Shown one piece after another: positions 10,501 through 18,230 of a stretch of DNA of 35,293 nt (its first letter is position 1; each line of letters opens with the position of its first letter). Where the stretch lies: NCBI GenBank assembly GCA_035649615.1, contig DASRJF010000079.1:1-35293 (forward strand), in the 5' to 3' direction. The position numbers and the translations under genes were made by a program. The notes below the pieces were generated by a model that saw only the letters and a list, made by a program, of their open reading frames with translations, searched no databases and was not told where the DNA came from. Source of the stretch: Planctomycetota bacterium (GTDB lineage Bacteria > Planctomycetota > MHYJ01 > JACPRB01).

Positions 10501-10947
10501 GAGGTCGAGGGCGTCCGCCTCCGGCAGCGGGCCCTGGCCCGATTTCACGCGGTCCTTGATGAGCCGGCCGGCGGTCTTGCCCGCCACGAACTCCATCACG
10601 AGATACCAGATCGCGGAGCCCGCCTTGGGGTCGCCGTCGACGTTGACGTCGAAGATGCGCACGAGGTTCGGGTGGTTCAATCGCGCGGCGACATTGGCTT
10701 CTCGCATGAAGTACTCGATCGCGTTGGGATCCTGGTCCGCGAGGTGGAAGGGCAGGATCTTCACGGCGACTTCGACGCCGAGCCGGGGGTGTTTCCCGAG
10801 ATAGACGGCGCCCATCCCGCCCTGCCCGAGCTTGCGGTACAGGGGGATTCCGCCCAGGGTCGGCCGTCCCGAGGGATCCCGGGGGGCGATGGCGAGCAGC
10901 CCGTCCTTGGCGAGATCCTTTTCGGACGCGTCGGGCATGGATTCCAT
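7522..10947 (-). CDS. Membrane Ser/Thr protein kinase STK1: Hanks kinase, one TM helix, TPR-like repeats, C-terminal beta-propeller-like domain
   Basis: GQGGMGAVYLG, VAVKIL, HRDIKPEN, DLG in place of DFG, GTPGYMAPEQ. TM helix APILIAVAAVLALVTAAGIGGIYLL. A long TPR-like helical region follows, then a Gly/Asp-rich beta-strand region at the C-terminus. An alternative start is the ATG at 10938. Confidence 0.9.
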   Translation of the reverse strand: MESMPDASEKDLAKDGLLAIAPRDPSGRPTLGGIPLYRKLGQGGMGAVYLGKHPRLGVEVAVKILPFHLADQDPNAIEYFMREANVAARLNHPNLVRIFDVNVDGDPKAGSAIWYLVMEFVAGKTAGRLIKDRVKSGQGPLPEADALDLLLTVSDGLAAAHEERFVHRDIKPENIIIPLSAEGEPQYRKAKLMDLGLAKVHSEDLSLGLTGTNVAMGTPGYMAPEQAENAKGAGPSADIFAMGATLYNLLTGAAPFTGTTVLNVLKKTSDEPHVPVRQINPSVSRPTDVLIDTCLAKRPEARYANAGILREGLKACRQSLGGESTTEFTLASLQNLASISAAEVTLRSDAASVLPSTPARPAVTSPSPPAPAAAASIPIPARKSKAPILIAVAAVLALVTAAGIGGIYLLQKLAQNSKGSPPAPPVVDTPGTEFAGIMKEAEAALADEDFAKAERLFKKARDLKPQSSEAQDGERRARELREQESSAAKAAGEADALVRNRNFQGAWDKLRAGIDLHPTAIILRLAAARLALDHGTYDMYALALNDVNQAIRLSGPKRKGEAISLRDKLDEKKKQADQAGGVLPQIQLAIDQGDWEAAEKLLERVDPAQRAGFSRSIEQGRKWQAALARGKQAEASQLWPEALAAYQEAYSLKADSATEALVRKAEEEVRSLYAAECDKAVEKARAGNFDEARKYLAEAEKLLPSGARHGKIRDENRFLEHLAEARRFKGDGKRAEALAAAQKALALRGDSAEARAIVDELKGPGSLGLAKAALAGGDRAAAVRHARAAAVENPGAPELKDLESDLWADLYVEKAAAAAKGPVDELSAAADGRVVGIGAGFGSFAVWGAEDLKLDSPPVKGGPKPFYAALIEKDGLRLAGLTGPAGIDGPETEQVAIWENGKSRHLHVETSGLKVPVTATRLAPFDGFLVLRVRLTPGDDRGGTDVYTLDVLDTEKSGAGNPTSDRGQAHGSIAVPPAGSYFATGGGTYRTWKREGNKSVVDERKNDTQVYLWARDTFAKRPVDLGEAVGDGALLSFTPDGAKLLVATLAKKLFVIDAAGGRVERSIPLPESPTGLSVSAAGAAVVAGRRVFLVRLGDARVAPATGFAAARSVLCAADGASVFVGGDDGLLRRYAYEPLAK

Positions 10948-11015
10948 TTATACCACGCGCCGCCGGGTCAGAAGCCCCCGCGTTCGACGTCCGCGGTCCG
11001 GGCTTCGGACTCGCC

Positions 11016-14000
11016 TTGCCCATTGGGTATACTTGGTCGATGGAAGTGGGGAGCAAACCGCCGACGTCGGCCATCCACGGAGGAGCCACGGCTCCCGCCT
11101 CGCCCCCGGCCCGCGGGGGGGACGACCGGCTTCTCGGATCCCTGGCGGTCCGCGAGGGCTTCGTCTCCTCCCAGCAGGTCGAGGAGTGCGTGGCGCTCCA
11201 GAAATCGGCGGCGTCCCCCCGCAAGCTCGGCGAGATCCTCATCGAGAAGGGCTACATCACCGCGAAGCGGCTCATGGCCCTGCTGGACATCCAGAGCCGC
11301 CAGGTCCGGATCGTGGCGGCGGACCCGGCGCTCGGGGGGCTCTTCGGCCAGATCGCGCTCGACCTCGGCTTCGTGCCGGCGGACAAGATCGAGCAGGCCC
11401 TCCAGGAGCAGGCCTCGCTGTCGCGCACCGGGTCGCCCGCCATGCTGGGGCAGATCCTCCTGCGCAAGGGATGGCTCCAGACCGGGCAGTTCCTCGAGAT
11501 CCTCAAGGTCCAGCGGCGGACCATCCTGCGCTGCCCGGGCTGCGACACGTTTTACCGGTTCGAGGAGAAGGACCGCGGCTCGAAGTTCGCGTGCCGGCGC
11601 TGCGGGAACATCGTGCCGATCCCCGCGGCGGAGCCCGACGAACCGCGGGCCGGGGCGAGCCCGTCGGTCCCGGGGAAGCGCGCGGGAGAATCGGGGACCC
11701 AGTTCGGGCGGTACGCGATCCAGGAGGAGCTCGGCCGGGGAGGCATGGGGATCGTCTACAAGGCGCTGCACAAGGACCTGAACACCGTTTTCGCGCTCAA
11801 GATCCTGCGGGAGACGGAGATCTCGTCGGCGGAGGTCCTCGACCGGTTCAAGCGCGAGGCGCAGGCGGAGGCGCGGCTCCGCCACCCGAACATCGTCTCG
11901 ATCCACGATGCGGGCCAGGAGTCGGGCGTCCATTACCTCGCGATGGACTACATCGAGGGGGACCCGCTCACGACGCACCTCGCCCGGGGGTTCAAGATCC
12001 GCGACATGATCGCGCGCCTCGAGAAGGTCCTGCAGGCCGTCCACCACGCCCACGAGGAGGGGATCATCCACCGCGACCTCAAGCCCGCGAACATCATGAT
12101 CGACCTCGCGGGCGAGCCCCACGTCATGGATTTCGGGCTCGCCAAGTTCCTCGACGATCCGAAGCGCCTCATGCTGACGAAGGACGGGAGCTTCCTCGGC
12201 ACGCCCCATTACATGGCGCCGGAGCAGATCCGCGGCGAGGCGCGCCTCGTGGGCCCGCGCAGCGACATCTATTCGCTGGGGGTGATCCTCTACGAGATCC
12301 TGTGCGGCCGCACGCCCCACGTCGCGCCGAACAGCGTCGAGATCTTCCACAAGATCCTGACGGAGGAGCCGCCGCCGCCCCGGCTCTTCAACGCGCGCGT
12401 CCACCCCGACCTGCAGACGGTCTGCCTCAAGGCGATCGACAAGGACCCGGCGGTGCGGTACGCGACGGCCGGCGAGTTCGCGGACGACCTCCGGCGGTAT
12501 CTCGAGGGCGAGCCGATCCTGGCCCGGCCCCGGCCGTGGCCGATCCGCGCCCTCCGTCGCCTGCGGAAGAACAAGTCGACGGCCCTGGCCGCGATCTCGC
12601 TGTTCCTCTTCGCGATCTCCGGCGGCCTGGTCCTCTTCCTGATGTCGCGCGACGCGCGGGAGTTCGACCGGATCGCGAAGGAGGCGAAGGAGAGCTTCGA
12701 CGACCGGCAGTACGAGGAGGCCCTCCTGCACGCGCAGTCGGCGCTCCGCCTGCGGCCCGACGACAAGGCGATGGCCGAGTTCGTCGAGTGGGTCACGAAC
12801 CGGATCCGGACGCAGCGGGAGGAGTTCAGCAAGCGGCTCGTGCAGGACGAGAAGCGTCGGGAGGCCGAGCCCCGGATCGCCGCGGCGCGCATCATGCTGG
12901 AGATGATCCCGCGCCAGGCGGACCTCGACGGCGCGGGGGTCATGAAGCGGGCGGCGGAGGTCGAGAAGATCTTCGACGACGCGCTGAAGATCGTGACCGA
13001 CCACGAGGACGCGCTCCACGGGCGCGGCCGGGCCCGCATGCTGAAGGGGGACGCGGCCGGGGCGCTCGAGGATTTCGCGACGGTGTTGGAGAAGGCCCCG
13101 GGTCGCGTCGAGGCGCGCCAGGACGCGGCCCGCGTCCGGCTGTCGCTCGTGATCGAGGCGCGGCTGGTCGACCCGCGGCCCCCCGGCGTGCCTCCCGCCT
13201 CCGCCTTCGTGGAGGCCCGCAAGCGCGCGCACGCTGAATTTTCAGAGGTGTGGGCCAGCATGTCGCGCGACCCGGCGCGGGACGAATTCGCGCAGGCCGC
13301 GCTGCGGTGGCTCGATGGAAAGATCGCGGACGCGGCGGGCGGCCTGGACCGCTACGTCGGGTCGTACCCCGCGGATCCGGACGCGTGGCGGCTCCGCGCG
13401 ATGGCGCGGCTGGTCTCCGGGAATCCGGAGGGGGCGGAATCGGACCTGTCGATGGCGGCGCGGTATTCCCCGGGGGACGTCGTGACCCGGCTGGCGCGGG
13501 CGTGGGTTCGTCATGTCCGGGGGGACGCGGCCGGGGCCGACGCGGACCTCGCCGCGGTGGCGGCGCTGGCGCCGCAGAGTCCCGCGCGCGCGCTCCTGCG
13601 GGGCCGCATGCTGCTCGATCGGGGCGGGTTCCCGGCGGCGGCGGACGCGTTCGGCGCGGCGGCGGCCCTGGACCCCAAGTCACCCGGGGCGGCGCTGGGG
13701 ACCGGCTTGGCGCGCCTGCGGCGGGACGACCTGGAGGGTGCGCTGGCGCCGTTGCAGCGCGCGGCGGAGCTCGATGCCGCGGACGCCTGGCCGCTTCTGC
13801 TGCAGTCGGAGGTCCAGGAGCGACGGGGGCGCGCGCCGGAAGCGCTGGAGGCGTCGGAAGCGGCGGTCCGCCGGGCGCCGGACGCCGCGGTCGCGTACGA
13901 GCGGCGGGCGCGCGCGTGGGCGCGCCTGGAGAAGTTCCCCGAGGCGGTCAGGGACCTGGAGCGGGCCGTGAAGCTCGACCCCTCCTCCGCGGCGCGCCTG

Positions 14001-14048
14001 GACGCCGACCTGAAGGCGGCGCGGGCGCGGGTCTCCGGTCGGCCCTGA
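11016..14048 (+). CDS. Membrane Ser/Thr protein kinase STK2: two MshEN/T2SSE_N-like modules, zinc ribbon, Hanks kinase, TM helix, periplasmic TPR repeats
   Basis: The track start at 11016 is TTG. ATG 11040 is more likely because TATACT lies 6 nt upstream. Kinase motifs are GRGGMGIVYKA, FALKIL, HRDLKPAN, DFGLAK and GTPHYMAPEQ. The zinc ribbon is CPGC-x16-CRRC. The TM helix is ALAAISLFLFAISGGLVLFLM. The C-terminus has many TPR-like repeats. Confidence 0.9.
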   Translation: MPIGYTWSMEVGSKPPTSAIHGGATAPASPPARGGDDRLLGSLAVREGFVSSQQVEECVALQKSAASPRKLGEILIEKGYITAKRLMALLDIQSRQVRIVAADPALGGLFGQIALDLGFVPADKIEQALQEQASLSRTGSPAMLGQILLRKGWLQTGQFLEILKVQRRTILRCPGCDTFYRFEEKDRGSKFACRRCGNIVPIPAAEPDEPRAGASPSVPGKRAGESGTQFGRYAIQEELGRGGMGIVYKALHKDLNTVFALKILRETEISSAEVLDRFKREAQAEARLRHPNIVSIHDAGQESGVHYLAMDYIEGDPLTTHLARGFKIRDMIARLEKVLQAVHHAHEEGIIHRDLKPANIMIDLAGEPHVMDFGLAKFLDDPKRLMLTKDGSFLGTPHYMAPEQIRGEARLVGPRSDIYSLGVILYEILCGRTPHVAPNSVEIFHKILTEEPPPPRLFNARVHPDLQTVCLKAIDKDPAVRYATAGEFADDLRRYLEGEPILARPRPWPIRALRRLRKNKSTALAAISLFLFAISGGLVLFLMSRDAREFDRIAKEAKESFDDRQYEEALLHAQSALRLRPDDKAMAEFVEWVTNRIRTQREEFSKRLVQDEKRREAEPRIAAARIMLEMIPRQADLDGAGVMKRAAEVEKIFDDALKIVTDHEDALHGRGRARMLKGDAAGALEDFATVLEKAPGRVEARQDAARVRLSLVIEARLVDPRPPGVPPASAFVEARKRAHAEFSEVWASMSRDPARDEFAQAALRWLDGKIADAAGGLDRYVGSYPADPDAWRLRAMARLVSGNPEGAESDLSMAARYSPGDVVTRLARAWVRHVRGDAAGADADLAAVAALAPQSPARALLRGRMLLDRGGFPAAADAFGAAAALDPKSPGAALGTGLARLRRDDLEGALAPLQRAAELDAADAWPLLLQSEVQERRGRAPEALEASEAAVRRAPDAAVAYERRARAWARLEKFPEAVRDLERAVKLDPSSAARLDADLKAARARVSGRP
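11028..11033 (+). promoter_or_regulatory. -10 box candidate for STK2 (leaderless geometry)
   Basis: TATACT with exactly 6 nt before ATG 11040, so the predicted +1 is the A of the ATG. Confidence 0.35.
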
Positions 14049-14150
14049 GCCCTCTCCCGCGGGCCACTGTTTACATATTCACGCATTCGTAAATATGTAG
14101 ATATCGAGGCGGGCGAGCCGTGAGCCTGGAACGGGGGTCCGGCGGCCGGT

Positions 14151-17100
14151 CTAGAACTTCTTGTGGATGCGGGTGATGTCGCGGATCCGCGGGTCGCTGA
14201 CCGCCTGCGACACCGCTTCCTCGGCCTGGCGGGTTCCCTGCGCCGCCAGCGCGAGGACCGCCGCGGCGCGCGTCTCCTCCCCGAAGCCCTTCACGAGGCC
14301 GAAGAACCGGGGGCGCGTCTGCGCGATCTTCGTCAGGAGCGGCACCACGGCCGCGTTCGGGACCTGGCGGAAGTACGCCGAGCACAGGATCATGAGCGCC
14401 TCGTCCTGCGCCCCCTCGAGGATCTTCCCCACCTCGGCCTTCACCGCCTCGATCTTCATCTGCGCGGCCGCCTCGAGCCCCGAGTCCCTCAACTCCCTCG
14501 AGGAGTTCGCCAGCAGGCGGCGGATGATCCCCGCCACGACCGAGCGGGGCCAGTGCTCGGCCGACTTGAGAATGATCCCCCTCAGGTCCGGGCTGCCGTG
14601 CTCGGCCAGCATCGCCAGGTGCCCCGCGATCGGCGCCGTCAGGAGCGGTTCGATGACCTGCAGCACCCGCACCGTGCGCTCGATCGGGCCGTCCGGCGGG
14701 ATCAGGCGCATGATCTCCACCGCCAGCCGTTCCGCCGACGCGGACAGGGAGAGCGCGATCGCCCGGCGGATCCGCACGTCGGGCTCCTCCGCCAGGATGT
14801 CCACGAGCTTCTCCACGGTCGGGCCCCCGACCGCGAGGAGGATCGTGATGGCCGCGTTGCGGTCGTCCTCCGAGGGCTTCCTCACGGCCGCGCAGATCGC
14901 GTCGAACGCCATCGACTGCGGGATCAGAAGGAGCGCCGCCTCGCACACCGCCGCGACCTCGGGCGGCGTGACGGGGGAATCCGCCCGGCGCCGGAGCGTC
15001 CGGCCCGCGATCTCCGCCAGCTCCCCGAGGCATCCGGACGCCGCCGCCGCGGGGATCCAGACCGGAAGCAGGTTCACCGCGGCGCGCACGTGGAGCGGCT
15101 CCGTGTCCTCCGACAGTCTCATCTTGAGCGACGCGGCCGACCGCATGACCGCGAGCTTGCGCGTCCCCGGCGAGGCGAACGCGATCGACCGCGTCAGGAG
15201 GTTGAACGCCCGCGTCCGGTGCGAGAGGCTCGGATGGTGGAAGTGGGTTCCCAGCCGGTCCACGAGCTGCTCCGCGACGGGCCGTCCCGCGCCGTACGCG
15301 AGGGCCTCCACCAGGAGCGGGAACTGCCGCTCGAGGTCGGGCGTGAGGAACTCCTCGTTCGAGCGCGCCAGGTGCTCCCGCGCCCGGATCTCCGACCGCA
15401 CCGGCTTGGGCGGAGGGTGCAGCGGCATCTCCAGGTCGTCGGTCGCCCGCTCGTAGACGCGCGCGCCGAACGCGACGTGGCTGAATTGCGTGAAGAGCCG
15501 GTCCCCCGTGCCGGGCTGCATCGCCTCCTCCGGCGACAGCGAGAAGTAGCTGATGAGGGCCCGGATCTCGTCCTCCATCAGGCCCCGCCCGATGAGCACG
15601 CTCTTGATCTTGCGGTGGTCGATCTCCTTCGTCAGCCAGGCGCCCGCGTCGCTGAAGAACTTCGCGTCCGCCGGATGACCGTTGAGCACCAGTTCGGCGT
15701 CGGCCGTTCCCCACGCCACGGCCGGCACCTTGCGCAGGAGTTCCATGAAGGCGCGGACGCACTGGGCCGTCGTTTCTTCCACGAGCGTGTGGCCCGGCGG
15801 GTAGCGCTTCAGGTTGTCGACGCCCGCTTTGAGATACCGCATCGCGTCCCGCACCGCCGGCAGGTCGTCGGCGGGCACGGGCTTGTCCGCCGCTTCCAGG
15901 CGCACCCGGCGCATCGTTTCCCGGGCCTGGTACGCCTTCTGGACGATGTCGACCGCCTCCATGGCCTCGCGCGCCAGGAACCGCTCCCAGAAGTCGGGCG
16001 CCGCGCGCGCCCGGTCGAACGGCTCCGTGAAGTTCCGGACGATCGTCTCGATCCGCGGGGTCTCGAACGGGGGAAGAATGGTGATCGATTCAACGAGACG
16101 GTCGTCGAGGAGCCGTCCGAAATCCGCCGCGACCGGATTGTCGGTCTGGACGCCGTTGATCGCCGGCCCGTTCGTCGTGACGGAGAAGGTCAGCCCGGGG
16201 CCCCCGATCAGGAGCGCCTCGAGCGACCCGCGAAGCTGCGCGAGGAACGTGGTGCCGACCTGGCTCCACTGCGGATAGAGGCGCCCGATCTTCACCGCGG
16301 CCATGAAATGGCGCATCAGGGCCAGGCTTTGTTCGGTGGCCGACGCCGCCAGGTTCGTGGTCACCGCCGGAAGGCGGGGTCTCCGGGATCCCGCCTTGGC
16401 GGGCGGCTGGATGAGCGTCGCGCGCTTCTGGGCCACCTCGTCGAACTTCCGCGCCTTCGCCTCCCGGCCGGCCCGGTTGTAGTGGAACGCGATCTCGTCC
16501 GCGATGTGGTCGATGTCGCCGCCGTGGCGCGCCTCCTGCACGACGCCGACGCGGTCGTGGATCTCCTTCCGCTCCGTCGCGTCCGACGTCTGCAGCCGGA
16601 CGCGCCGCGCGTGGGCCGCCGGGAAGGAGAGGAGGTCCTGCCCCGACTCGGAGGGGACCAGCAGGCGGGTCCGCCGGACCTCGTCGATGAGGTCCAGCAT
16701 TTCCGTGTCGCCCTCGCCGAGGACTTCCTGCAGCAGCTCGGGATCGAACCGCGTGCCGATCACGGCCGCGCGCGTGAGCAGGCTGTTCGCGCCGGTCGGC
16801 AGCGCCTCGGCGACGGCGCGGATGGCGCCCGCGAGATCGCGCGAGAGGTCGGACGGCAGGAGCTCCGGCAGCGACCACCGGCCCGCCGACTGCTTCATCC
16901 GGCCGCGCAGCAGGAGGGAGCGGACGGTCTCCTCGAGGTAGAGCGGGTTGCCCTGCGACGCCACGATGAGCCGCGCCACCGATTCGTTGCTGATTTCCGC
17001 GTCGGGCAGGATGCCGCGGATCATCTGGCGCAGGTCCTCGGCAGGCAGGGGCAGCAGGTTGAGGCGCGCCGCGCCGGGCGCGAAGTCCCGCCAGAAGGCG

Positions 17101-18215
17101 CCCGAGGGCGTCATCTCCATTTCCGTCGACGGCCGGGCCGACCCGACGGCCACCAGGATCGGCAGCTTCCGGTTGATCGCCGCCCGGTACACCTCGAACG
17201 TGGCGCCGTCGGCGAATTCCACCTCGTCGATCAGCGCCAGCAGGGGGCCGATCCGCGACAGCTCATCGAAGAGCGCCCCGAAAGCCTCGAAGACCAGGCG
17301 GCCCGCGTTGCCGGGCGGCACCTGCTCCGCGGACCACTCCGGCGGAAGATCCCGCAGGACGATCGCCAGGGCCGCCCGATGCGGGGGGCTGATCCGCTCC
17401 ATGGCCTTGAGGACCATGGGGCGGTCATAGGCCATCAGCGTCTCGATTTGCTCCGCGAGCGTCGAATACGGAGCGGTGGAGCGCGACTCCTGGCTCGTGG
17501 CCGTCAGGAGGACGAACTTCTCGATCCGCGACCAGACGCCCAGCTCGTGCAGGAGCCGCGACTTGCCGACGCCGGAAGCGCCGGTGACGATCGCGACCGA
17601 CGGTCCGACGTTGCGGACGTCGCTCGCGAGCTGCCGCATGCGCGACTGCTCCCCGACCCGGCCCACGAGGATCGGGCACGGAAGTCCGCGGAAGATGCCG
17701 ATCTCCGCGAGCGCCACCGGGTCGAGCCGCCCCGCGACCGCGATCTTGTTGTGGCCCTGGTGCTTGGCGACCAGGAGCGCTCTCTCCGAAGCCTCGATCA
17801 CGGCGGCCGGGGACTTGCCGTCCATCGGATAGCTCGCCACCGACGCGCTGGCCGTCAGCGTGACCTGCCGGCCGCCTGCCGTGAAGGGCTTGTGGTCGAC
17901 CGCGCCCCGCAGTTTCTCCGCGGTGGCGGCTCCCTTGTCGCGGTCGGCGTCGGGAACGAGCAGGCAGAACGAGTCGCCGCCGTAGCGGAACAGGAGCGCC
18001 CCGTCGCCGGCGGCTTCCTTCAGGCGGGCCGCGACCTCCCGGAGCAGGGCGTCCAGCTTCGGGCGGTCGAGGCCCTCGGTCGTGGCGTTGAAGGCGTCGA
18101 GGTCGACCAGGACGAGCGCGCCCGCGTGGGCGGGCATCCGCTCGCGAAGGGCGGATAGAAGGCCCCGGCGGTTGCCGAGCCCGGTCGCGAGATCCTGATG
18201 TGAAGGGTCGACCAT
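14151..18215 (-). CDS. Degenerate GGDEF domain, P-loop (AAA_16/STAND-like) NTPase and long helical/HEAT-repeat region, 1354 aa
   Basis: The N-terminus reads DLATGLGNRRGL..LVLVDLDAFN..RYGGDSF (17967-17981). Walker A is GASGVGKS (17559-17582) and Walker B is LLALIDEVEFAD. The C-terminal third has HEAT-like repeats, e.g. EEPDVRIRRAIALSL, GSPDLRGIILKSA and DPRIRDITRI. Confidence 0.8.
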   Translation of the reverse strand: MVDPSHQDLATGLGNRRGLLSALRERMPAHAGALVLVDLDAFNATTEGLDRPKLDALLREVAARLKEAAGDGALLFRYGGDSFCLLVPDADRDKGAATAEKLRGAVDHKPFTAGGRQVTLTASASVASYPMDGKSPAAVIEASERALLVAKHQGHNKIAVAGRLDPVALAEIGIFRGLPCPILVGRVGEQSRMRQLASDVRNVGPSVAIVTGASGVGKSRLLHELGVWSRIEKFVLLTATSQESRSTAPYSTLAEQIETLMAYDRPMVLKAMERISPPHRAALAIVLRDLPPEWSAEQVPPGNAGRLVFEAFGALFDELSRIGPLLALIDEVEFADGATFEVYRAAINRKLPILVAVGSARPSTEMEMTPSGAFWRDFAPGAARLNLLPLPAEDLRQMIRGILPDAEISNESVARLIVASQGNPLYLEETVRSLLLRGRMKQSAGRWSLPELLPSDLSRDLAGAIRAVAEALPTGANSLLTRAAVIGTRFDPELLQEVLGEGDTEMLDLIDEVRRTRLLVPSESGQDLLSFPAAHARRVRLQTSDATERKEIHDRVGVVQEARHGGDIDHIADEIAFHYNRAGREAKARKFDEVAQKRATLIQPPAKAGSRRPRLPAVTTNLAASATEQSLALMRHFMAAVKIGRLYPQWSQVGTTFLAQLRGSLEALLIGGPGLTFSVTTNGPAINGVQTDNPVAADFGRLLDDRLVESITILPPFETPRIETIVRNFTEPFDRARAAPDFWERFLAREAMEAVDIVQKAYQARETMRRVRLEAADKPVPADDLPAVRDAMRYLKAGVDNLKRYPPGHTLVEETTAQCVRAFMELLRKVPAVAWGTADAELVLNGHPADAKFFSDAGAWLTKEIDHRKIKSVLIGRGLMEDEIRALISYFSLSPEEAMQPGTGDRLFTQFSHVAFGARVYERATDDLEMPLHPPPKPVRSEIRAREHLARSNEEFLTPDLERQFPLLVEALAYGAGRPVAEQLVDRLGTHFHHPSLSHRTRAFNLLTRSIAFASPGTRKLAVMRSAASLKMRLSEDTEPLHVRAAVNLLPVWIPAAAASGCLGELAEIAGRTLRRRADSPVTPPEVAAVCEAALLLIPQSMAFDAICAAVRKPSEDDRNAAITILLAVGGPTVEKLVDILAEEPDVRIRRAIALSLSASAERLAVEIMRLIPPDGPIERTVRVLQVIEPLLTAPIAGHLAMLAEHGSPDLRGIILKSAEHWPRSVVAGIIRRLLANSSRELRDSGLEAAAQMKIEAVKAEVGKILEGAQDEALMILCSAYFRQVPNAAVVPLLTKIAQTRPRFFGLVKGFGEETRAAAVLALAAQGTRQAEEAVSQAVSDPRIRDITRIHKKF

Positions 18216-18224
18216 GAAAGCCGG

Positions 18225-18230
18225 ATTATA
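18225..18230 (-). promoter_or_regulatory. -10 box candidate for the GGDEF-STAND gene (near-leaderless)
   Basis: Perfect TATAAT on the minus strand ending 9 nt before ATG 18215. No SD sequence is present. Confidence 0.35.

Noticed and set aside
14151-18215. The two STAND-like proteins (also 1..1976) as Avs-type antiviral sensors or a defence island
   Set aside because: No nuclease, TIR, protease or other known defence effector is present. No neighbouring restriction, abortive-infection or phage genes are present. The context is signalling and housekeeping. The idea is left open only as a remote possibility.
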